Shown here in pieces: positions 17,023-23,312 of a stretch of DNA of 23,312 nucleotides; position 1 is the first letter of the stretch, and each line of letters starts with the position of its first letter. A program made the position numbers and the translations under genes. A model generated the notes under the pieces. It was given only the letters and a program-made list of their open reading frames with translations. It made no database searches and was not told the origin of the DNA. Source of the DNA: Candidatus Muiribacteriota bacterium (GTDB lineage Bacteria; Muiribacteriota; Muiribacteriia; Muiribacteriales; Muiribacteriaceae); NCBI GenBank assembly GCA_051747805.1, contig JBNJGP010000044.1:1-23312 (forward strand). Direction: 5' to 3'.

Positions 17023-17099
17023 ATTCATAAAATAAAATGCCGATAATTTAATTAATACAATAATAAACTTTTCATTTATTTCAATAAAGAGGGGGAATA

Positions 17100-18215
17100 A
17101 TGGAAGATACAAATATTATCAAGGCCACAGATAAAGTAATTAATCTTATTATAATCGGTGTTATTATTCAATTTCTAATAATAGTGTCTGGCTCTCTTGG
17201 AAGCTCAGATTTAAAACTCTATAGTGCGAAATTAAATGGTAGCTCAATTTTTTCTTCAACAGAAAACAAAGAAAATGAATTATTGAGTATTAATTTTGAT
17301 AATGAGCTTGTTAAAAATAAGTTAAATGGATACACAGATGACTTTTTAAAAAACAAAAATAAAGAAGATATTATTGTAATAAAAGTAAAAACTCCCGAAA
17401 AAACTGTCGTTGAAACTGCATCAGAACAAATTAAGGAGGTAGAAAAAGAGGTTTTGCCTCCAGTAAAAAATGAGAAAGAAAGCAAAAAAGAGCAAATAAA
17501 TATACCGAGTGTTTGGCATACAGTTCAGAGAGGGGAAAATCTAACCAAAATAGCTGAGCTTTATGATATTTCTCTTTCAGATTTAAGAGAAATAAATTCT
17601 CTCTCTGGAGATACGATATATAAAGGACAGAGATTGAAAATCACAAAAGTTGAGGGCGTGAACTATAAAGTTCAGAGCGGAGATAGTTTATGGGTAATTG
17701 CCCAGAAGTATCATACCTCAATTGATACACTTATGACCGCAAATGCAATAAGCGATTATTCTATCAGTCCGGGAGAAGAGCTTCGTGTTTATCCAGGTGA
17801 AAAGTGGTTTTTGGCTAGAAAAGAAGAAAACAGCAAGAGATTTATCTGGCCCCTTAACAATCAGATAACCTCGCCGTTTGGTTCCAGAATTCACCCTGTT
17901 TATAATCGAAATGTTTTTCACAATGGCGTAGACATAAGAGGAAACGTTGGGGAGCCAATTAAAGCCGCGGGTGATGGTAAAGTAACTTTTGCTGGTGAAA
18001 ATGGTGGTTATGGTAATGTTATTATGGTAGAGCATACTGGTGGCTACGAAACAAGATATGCGCATTGTTCAAAACTTCTTGTCAGAAAAGGCGAAAGAGT
18101 AAAAAGAGGGCAGAAAATTGGCAGAGTTGGAAGCACAGGGGTAAGCACCGGTCCTCATCTGCATTTTGAAATTAGAAAAAACAATAAAGCAGTTAATCCA
18201 ATGGAATATAGATAA
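17100..18215 (+). CDS. Membrane-anchored 2xLysM + M23 peptidase
   Basis: N-terminal TM segment; LysM domains (HTVQRGENLTKIA, YKVQSGDSLWVIA); M23 motifs HNGVD, YAH, STGPHLHFE. Confidence 0.93.
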   Translation: MEDTNIIKATDKVINLIIIGVIIQFLIIVSGSLGSSDLKLYSAKLNGSSIFSSTENKENELLSINFDNELVKNKLNGYTDDFLKNKNKEDIIVIKVKTPEKTVVETASEQIKEVEKEVLPPVKNEKESKKEQINIPSVWHTVQRGENLTKIAELYDISLSDLREINSLSGDTIYKGQRLKITKVEGVNYKVQSGDSLWVIAQKYHTSIDTLMTANAISDYSISPGEELRVYPGEKWFLARKEENSKRFIWPLNNQITSPFGSRIHPVYNRNVFHNGVDIRGNVGEPIKAAGDGKVTFAGENGGYGNVIMVEHTGGYETRYAHCSKLLVRKGERVKRGQKIGRVGSTGVSTGPHLHFEIRKNNKAVNPMEYR

Positions 18216-18223
18216 TTACAACA

Positions 18224-18247
18224 AAAGGAGGGAGATTTCCCTCCTTT
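18224..18247. terminator. Bidirectional terminator between the M23 gene and trxA
   Basis: Hairpin AAAGGAGGGA-GATT-TCCCTCCTTT between convergent stop codons. Confidence 0.8.
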
Positions 18248-18253
18248 GGAAAG

Positions 18254-18565
18254 TCATAGTTTATTTAATTCTTCAGTTAATTGATTTTTATCAGAAAAAC
18301 CTACGATTGAGTTTTTTATTTCTCCGTCTTTAAAAAACAAAATAGTTGGAATACCAGAAACATCATATTTTTTTGCAAGTTCAGGAGTTGAGTCCACATT
18401 AACTTTATAAACTCCCTTCTTTCCTTCGAATTCCTGCGCAAGTTCTTCGATTACAGGCGTCAGCATTTTACAGGGACCGCACCAGTCGGCAAAAAAATCA
18501 ACAAGCATTGCTTCGCCTGATTCTAATTTTTGGTTAAACTCATTTTCATTTAAGATTTTGGCCAT
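18254..18565 (-). CDS. trxA: Thioredoxin
   Basis: VDFFADWCGPCK and GIPT. SD AAGGAGG; upstream TTGACA-N16-TATCAT on the minus strand. Confidence 0.96.
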   Translation of the reverse strand: MAKILNENEFNQKLESGEAMLVDFFADWCGPCKMLTPVIEELAQEFEGKKGVYKVNVDSTPELAKKYDVSGIPTILFFKDGEIKNSIVGFSDKNQLTEELNKL

Positions 18566-18715
18566 AATTTAATCCTCCTTTTATATTATAAAATAATGAT
18601 ATACGAATATAAAAAAATGTCAACTGGTTAAAAAACCACTGTCCTTATTCTGTTTAACCCTATGTTTAAAGGATTATAAAATCAAGTATAAAAAATTGTT
18701 GTAAAAAAAACATTT

Positions 18716-18731
18716 ATACAATATATTGTTT
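18716..18731. promoter_or_regulatory. NrdR box 1
   Basis: ATACAATATATTGTTT with palindromic core ACAATATATTGT, matching the NrdR consensus acaCwAtATaTwGtg. Confidence 0.85.
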
Positions 18732-18756
18732 TTACCGATTATTAATTTATGAGGTT

Positions 18757-18772
18757 ATACAATATATTGTGT
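18757..18772. promoter_or_regulatory. NrdR box 2
   Basis: ATACAATATATTGTGT, 41 bp (about 4 helical turns) from box 1 and adjacent to the nrdR SD. Confidence 0.85.
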
Positions 18773-18786
18773 CCGGAGGTTTTGTC

Positions 18787-19233
18787 GTGAAATGTCCTTA
18801 TTGCGGTGGTATAGAAACAAAAGTAATGGATTCACGTGAAACTGATGATTGTAAATCAATTAGAAGAAGAAGAGCATGTGTAAACTGTGATAAACGCTTT
18901 ACCACATACGAAAAAATCGATAATTTTACCGTCAGGGTGATTAAAAGAACAGGAATCAGAGAGAATTTTGATAAAAAAAAGATTCTTTCGGGTTTTTTGA
19001 GCGCCTGTCATAAAAGGGCTGTATCTATAGAAAGAATTGATAAAGCAGCTTATAATATTGAAAATAAAATCCTGTCACTTGGTAAAAAAGAGATTGATTC
19101 ATCATATATTGGTAATCTCGTTATGGAAGAATTAAAGAAAATTGACGAGGTGGCCTTCATAAGGTTTGCCTCGGTGTACAAAAGATTTAAATGCATTGAT
19201 GAGTTCAGAGAGGAACTCGAAAAATTTAATTAA
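18787..19233 (+). CDS. nrdR: Transcriptional repressor NrdR
   Basis: GTG 18787 after SD GGAGGT. KCPYC..DSR..IRRRRAC..C..RFTTYE Zn ribbon, ATP cone, VAFIRFASVY. Confidence 0.96.
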   Translation: MKCPYCGGIETKVMDSRETDDCKSIRRRRACVNCDKRFTTYEKIDNFTVRVIKRTGIRENFDKKKILSGFLSACHKRAVSIERIDKAAYNIENKILSLGKKEIDSSYIGNLVMEELKKIDEVAFIRFASVYKRFKCIDEFREELEKFN

Positions 19234-19254
19234 AACTATATGGGGGTTAGGATA

Positions 19255-21678
19255 ATGAATGTACTACCACGCGTTGTGAGAAGAAGCGGAGAGATTGTAG
19301 ATTTTAATGCTGAAAGAATAACCAGGGCGATTTTTGAAGCTGCTAAATCAGTTGGCGGTGAGGACGCGAAGCTGGCACAGGAATTAACAGACGAAGTAAT
19401 GAAATATATTAAACAGAACTTCTGTGACAGGGTAAAACTTACAGTTGAGGAAATTCAGGATGTTGTTGAAAAAACTTTAATTGAGCATGGACATTATAAA
19501 ACATCAAAAGCTTATATTTTATATCGTGAACATCATACAAAAGTAAGAGAAATGAACTCAACCATTATTGATGTGGATAAAACAATAACAGAGTATTTGC
19601 ACAAAGCTGACTGGCGGGTTAACGAAAATAGTAATACTCAATATTCGTTTTCCGGTCTTATGCTTCATATTTCTGGCAAGGTTATTTCCAGTTATTTACT
19701 TAATGAAATTTATACACCTGTTATTGCGGATGCGCACAAAGAGGGAAACGTTCATATTCATGACCTTTCTAATGGTGTAGTTGGTTATTGCGCAGGCTGG
19801 TCACTTAAAAATTTACTTATAAAAGGTTTTGGCGATGTTGCAAATAAAGTTGATGCGAAACCAGCCAAACATATGGACGTGGTAATTTCTCAAATGGTTA
19901 ACTTTATAGGATGTATGCAGATGGAATTTGCTGGCGCACAGGCTTTTTCAAGTATTGACACATTTTTAGCCCCATTTGTCCGAAAAGATAATCTTTCCTA
20001 TAAAGAAGTAAAACAGAATATTCAGAGACTTATTTTTTCTTTAAATATTCCCTCAAGATGGGGTTCACAAACTCCTTTTTCAAATTTAACATTTGACTGG
20101 GTTGTTCCTGAAGATTTAAAGGATGAACAGGCTGTTGTTGGAGGAGAAAAAATCAAGGAAACTTATGGTGAGTTTCAAAAAGAAATGGATATGATTAATA
20201 AGGCTTTTCTTGAACTCATGATGAAAGGTGATGCTAAGGGCAGGATTTTTACTTTTCCAATACCGACATACAATATAACCCCCGATTTTAACTGGGATTC
20301 AGAAAATGCAAGACTTTTATTTGAGGTAACTGGAAAGTATGGCACACCATATTTCCAGAATTATATAGGGTCTGGTCTAGAACCCTCCGCGGTAAGGGCG
20401 ATGTGCTGCAGGTTAAACCTGGATCAGAGAGAGCTTATGAAAAGACCTGGTGGTATGTGGGCTCCGGGAGATTCTACTGGTTCAATTGGTGTAGTTACTA
20501 TAAATGTTAATAGATTGGCATATGAATCTAAATCTAAAAAAGAGTTTTTTAAAAAATTAAAACACTATATGCTTGTTTCAAGAGACTCTCTTGAAATTAA
20601 GAGAAAGCTTATAAATAGAAATCTAAAACAGGGATTGATGCCATATACAAAAGCTTATCTCGGTACTTTTAAAAATCATTTTTCTACGGTTGGATTATGT
20701 GGCATGAACGAAGCGTGTATTAACTTTATTGGAGAAAATATTTCAACAGAAAGAGGTAAAAAATTTGCAAATGAAACACTTGATTTTATGAAGAGTATTT
20801 TAAAAGATTTTCAGGAAGATACAGGGAATCTATACAATCTTGAGGCTTCTCCTGCCGAATCTACAAGTTACAGATTTGCAAAACTGGACCTTGAAAAATA
20901 TCCATATATTGCCGTTGCAGGCGATGAAGAAAAATATCTTACAAATTCTACTCAGCTACCTGTTGATTATACAGAAAATCTGTTTAAGGCACTTGAGCAT
21001 CAATCTGATATTCAGTCTAATTATACTGGCGGAACGATGTTTCATACAATGTTAGGTGAAGAAATTGATTCTAAATCATGCAGGGAACTGGTTAAAAAAA
21101 TTGCCTCAAATACTAAACTTCCGTATTTTTCTATCACGCCCACTTTCAGTATATGTAAAACTCATGGTTATTTAAAAGGAAATAAACCTGAATGTCCGGA
21201 ATGTAATAATAAAACAGAAGTTTATTCAAGAATTGTAGGATATTTCAGACCTGTAAAAAACTGGAATTTAGGCAAAAAAGAAGAGTTTTCAGAAAGAAAA
21301 ACATATGATGCTTCAAATATGATAAACTCAACTATGAACAACAAAAAGAAAAAATCTGAAAAAGTTGATAAAAATGAAAAAAAACCCTCTTCTGAACCTA
21401 CTGGAAAAATTTCAGAAGAAAAACCTGGAAAAATGAAATTATTTATTAGTGATAACTGTCCAAATTGCGTAACTTTAAAACAGTATATTAAGGATAAGAA
21501 TTTAAATGTAAAGGCCGAAGAAATCGATGTCTGGTCAGAAGACGGAATGGAAGAATCAAGAAAATTTTCTGTAACTTCTGTTCCAACTATGGTTTTGCTT
21601 GATAATGATGAAAGAATTATTAAAACAATTAAAAATGTAGAGGAATTAAAAGGTGCTGAGAATTGGTGGACTGATTAA
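19255..21678 (+). CDS. nrdD: Class III anaerobic ribonucleoside-triphosphate reductase with N-terminal ATP cone and C-terminal glutaredoxin/thioredoxin-like fusion
   Basis: ATP cone, HIHDL, YCAGWSL, TFPIPT, AMCCRL, PAES, YTGGT, CxxH/CxxC Zn site, glycyl-radical loop YSRIVGYFRPV, then a linker and a CPNC domain. Start at 19255 (GGGGGT SD) or 19240. Confidence 0.95.
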   Translation: MNVLPRVVRRSGEIVDFNAERITRAIFEAAKSVGGEDAKLAQELTDEVMKYIKQNFCDRVKLTVEEIQDVVEKTLIEHGHYKTSKAYILYREHHTKVREMNSTIIDVDKTITEYLHKADWRVNENSNTQYSFSGLMLHISGKVISSYLLNEIYTPVIADAHKEGNVHIHDLSNGVVGYCAGWSLKNLLIKGFGDVANKVDAKPAKHMDVVISQMVNFIGCMQMEFAGAQAFSSIDTFLAPFVRKDNLSYKEVKQNIQRLIFSLNIPSRWGSQTPFSNLTFDWVVPEDLKDEQAVVGGEKIKETYGEFQKEMDMINKAFLELMMKGDAKGRIFTFPIPTYNITPDFNWDSENARLLFEVTGKYGTPYFQNYIGSGLEPSAVRAMCCRLNLDQRELMKRPGGMWAPGDSTGSIGVVTINVNRLAYESKSKKEFFKKLKHYMLVSRDSLEIKRKLINRNLKQGLMPYTKAYLGTFKNHFSTVGLCGMNEACINFIGENISTERGKKFANETLDFMKSILKDFQEDTGNLYNLEASPAESTSYRFAKLDLEKYPYIAVAGDEEKYLTNSTQLPVDYTENLFKALEHQSDIQSNYTGGTMFHTMLGEEIDSKSCRELVKKIASNTKLPYFSITPTFSICKTHGYLKGNKPECPECNNKTEVYSRIVGYFRPVKNWNLGKKEEFSERKTYDASNMINSTMNNKKKKSEKVDKNEKKPSSEPTGKISEEKPGKMKLFISDNCPNCVTLKQYIKDKNLNVKAEEIDVWSEDGMEESRKFSVTSVPTMVLLDNDERIIKTIKNVEELKGAENWWTD

Positions 21679-22327
21679 ACAAACACTTAAGGATTTTCCC
21701 GGAAATATATCATGCGTAATTTTTTTAAGGGGCTGTGATTTTCGCTGCCCCTTTTGCCATAACCCTGATTTAATTTACAGAGAGGGAGAGTCTATTCCTT
21801 TTAATGAGGTGGTTGATTATATTGATGGGGTTCAGAAATGGCTTGAAGGAATAGTAATAAGCGGTGGCGAGCCTCTACTGAACTATGATATTGTAAATAT
21901 GTTGAAATTTTTTAAAAAAAAATTCAGCCAGAAAATAAAAATTGATACAAATGGAAATCATCCGGAAATGCTTAAAGAGTTAATTCAAAAAAAACTGATT
22001 GATTTTGTTTCCATGGACATAAAAAACGTTTTAGAAGAAGATAAATACAATAAAGTTACAGGCAAAAAAGTTTTACTCCGAAATATAATAGAGAGTATTG
22101 GAATTATAAAAAATTCATCTGTTGATTATGAGTTTAGAACAACAGTTATACCAGAATTACATGATGCGGAGAGTGTGAAAAAAATCAAAAAGATTGCAGG
22201 CAGTAATTATAAAATACAGAATTTTTCAAATAAAAATCCATTTAATCCTGAATTTAAAAAAATAAAACCTTTTTCAGAAACAGAATTTAAAGAAATGGTC
22301 GCCGGTTTAAAAAATTTGACATTTTAA
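21653..22327 (+). CDS. nrdG: Anaerobic RNR activating radical SAM protein
   Basis: GCDFRCPFCHN (CxxxCxxC), SGGEP, DTNG, MDIK, EFRTT. Overlaps the nrdD end. Confidence 0.94.
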   Translation: MLRIGGLIKQTLKDFPGNISCVIFLRGCDFRCPFCHNPDLIYREGESIPFNEVVDYIDGVQKWLEGIVISGGEPLLNYDIVNMLKFFKKKFSQKIKIDTNGNHPEMLKELIQKKLIDFVSMDIKNVLEEDKYNKVTGKKVLLRNIIESIGIIKNSSVDYEFRTTVIPELHDAESVKKIKKIAGSNYKIQNFSNKNPFNPEFKKIKPFSETEFKEMVAGLKNLTF

Positions 22328-22344
22328 TCAGGAAATTATATTAT
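22316..22344 (+). promoter_or_regulatory. Sigma70 promoter for rplY
   Basis: TTGACA-N17-TATTAT, overlapping the nrdG stop. Confidence 0.55.
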
Positions 22345-22396
22345 AATCCAAATCACTGATAAATACAACTTTATTTTTATATAAGGAGAGTTGATT

Positions 22397-23026
22397 ATGA
22401 TATTACAAGTTGAAAAAAGAGAAGGTCGCGGTAAGGAACTTGCAAGAAAAATGAGAAGTGCTAATGAAATACCTGGTATTATATATGGTAAAAATATGGA
22501 GCCTGTTTCAATTAGCTTTAAAGAAAATGAATTTTTTAAATTTGAAAAAGAAAATAAGGGTAAACCAATTTATACTATTAAACTGGATGATGAAGAAAAG
22601 ATGGTTATTATTAAAGAAAAACAGGAAAAACAATGGATAAACAAAGTAATGCATGTGGATTTCCAGGAAATTCATAAAGGTGAGGTTATTCATCTTGAAA
22701 TACCTATTCATTTCCACGGGATTGAAGAGGTTGAAAAAACTGGCGGAATACTTGTTAAAACAATGCAGAGTCTGGAAATCGCCTGTATGGTAAAAGATGT
22801 TCCAGATAGTGTTGATGTTGATGTATCCAAGTTAGATATACATGATTCAATACATTTAAAAGAGTTGGGCTTGTCTGAAGATGTTAAAGTTTATGCAGAT
22901 CAGGATCAGGTTGTCTGCAGTGTTACAGTTCCTAGAATTCTTGTTGATGAAGAAGAAGAAACAGGTGAAGAAAGCCCTGAAGTTCCAGTTGAAGGCGAAG
23001 AAGAAACTGACGAAGCGGCTGAATAA
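22397..23026 (+). CDS. rplY: 50S ribosomal protein L25/Ctc (long form)
   Basis: ARKMR..IPGIIYG, HVDF, GGIL, a Ctc C-terminal domain and an acidic tail. ATG 22397 fits SD AAGGAG. Confidence 0.95.
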   Translation: MILQVEKREGRGKELARKMRSANEIPGIIYGKNMEPVSISFKENEFFKFEKENKGKPIYTIKLDDEEKMVIIKEKQEKQWINKVMHVDFQEIHKGEVIHLEIPIHFHGIEEVEKTGGILVKTMQSLEIACMVKDVPDSVDVDVSKLDIHDSIHLKELGLSEDVKVYADQDQVVCSVTVPRILVDEEEETGEESPEVPVEGEEETDEAAE

Positions 23027-23045
23027 ATCTTTATTTATAAAAAAC

Positions 23046-23082
23046 AAAAGAGACTGTTCATTTTTGAGCAGTCTTTTTTTTT
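23046..23082 (+). terminator. Intrinsic terminator after rplY
   Basis: AAAAGAGACTGTTCA-TTTT-TGAGCAGTCTTTTTTTTT. Confidence 0.85.
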
Positions 23083-23170
23083 AAAAAAGTTTAATGCTTC
23101 TGTTGCAGAAAAATTATTATTTAATTTTTCAAACCCGAATTAATATGATAAAATATTTTTTATAAAGTAA

Positions 23171-23188
23171 TAACTTGAGTTTAGCAAA
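23171..23188 (+). promoter_or_regulatory. Putative operator, copy 2 of TAACTTGAGTTTAGCAAA
   Basis: Identical to 16115-16132. Downstream of an extended -10 TGaTAAAAT (23146-23154). Confidence 0.55.
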
Positions 23189-23222
23189 AAATAGAAATTT
23201 TAACCTGTAGACATTTAAAAAG

Positions 23223-23312
23223 CTTGATTTCACGGGGGGGCTGTGCCGAGCCCGAGCTTAAGCTTACAAAGGTCGGCCTGACCACTCGTTTTACCGAAGG
23301 TCGAGTAAAGTC
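23223..23312. repeat. GC-rich palindromic repeat related to the interior of the 10823-10948 element, truncated by the window end
   Basis: Shares the ordered motifs CTTGATTT-N3-GGGG..GCCGA..GGCCTRACCACT. GTCGGCCTGACC (23272-23283) is the reverse complement of GGTCAGGCCGAC in the internal element. Confidence 0.55.

Noticed and set aside
18769..18786. Upstream GTG start for nrdR
   Set aside because: It overlaps NrdR box 2 and the SD. The canonical MKCPxC start is GTG 18787.
4304..23084. Short overlapping ORFs in the track (4304-4537, 5097-5336, 5539-5721, 8436-8618, 10197-10406, 11010-11321, 13403-13707, 14095-14358, 15135-15323, 16206-16394, 16762-17046, 17219-17485, 17718-18065, 20840-21055, 22458-22717, 22856-23084)
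   Set aside because: These are antisense or alternate-frame shadows of well-supported genes, with biased composition and no recognisable motifs.
1..23312. CRISPR array, transposase, phage or defence genes
   Set aside because: No regularly spaced repeats and no ORFs with such motifs were seen.

Overview
AT-rich bacterial chromosomal segment, mostly housekeeping genes. In order: HEAT-repeat gene; an unannotated 36-aa sORF; a long co-oriented run (yggS-sepF-yggT-divIVA-mtnA-class II aldolase-lspA-lgt-rluD-pilin-like-TM/HAMP-TPR-htrA); pruA; a small membrane ORF with tRNA-Leu(GAG) on the minus strand; an ECF sigma factor plus a tandem-repeat protein; a THUMP RNA methyltransferase; an Rrf2 regulator; rpmE; a LysM-M23 peptidase; trxA divergent from nrdR-nrdD-nrdG with two NrdR boxes; and rplY. 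The most notable non-obvious signals are: (1) a complete 126-bp hairpin-forming MITE-like element with 14-bp TIRs and a 9-bp target duplication in the pruA promoter, with a second copy's end forming bases 1-21 and a related palindromic module at the right edge; (2) a class III RNR with a CCRL finger loop and a fused C-terminal CPNC redoxin domain, next to trxA; (3) an exact 18-bp motif shared by the rrf2 promoter and the promoter region at the right end; (4) sigma28-like promoter matches before the sORF/division operon and before the LysM-M23 gene; (5) an ECF sigma paired with a soluble 4x80-aa repeat protein. All calls come from reading the sequence by eye; no database searches were run.
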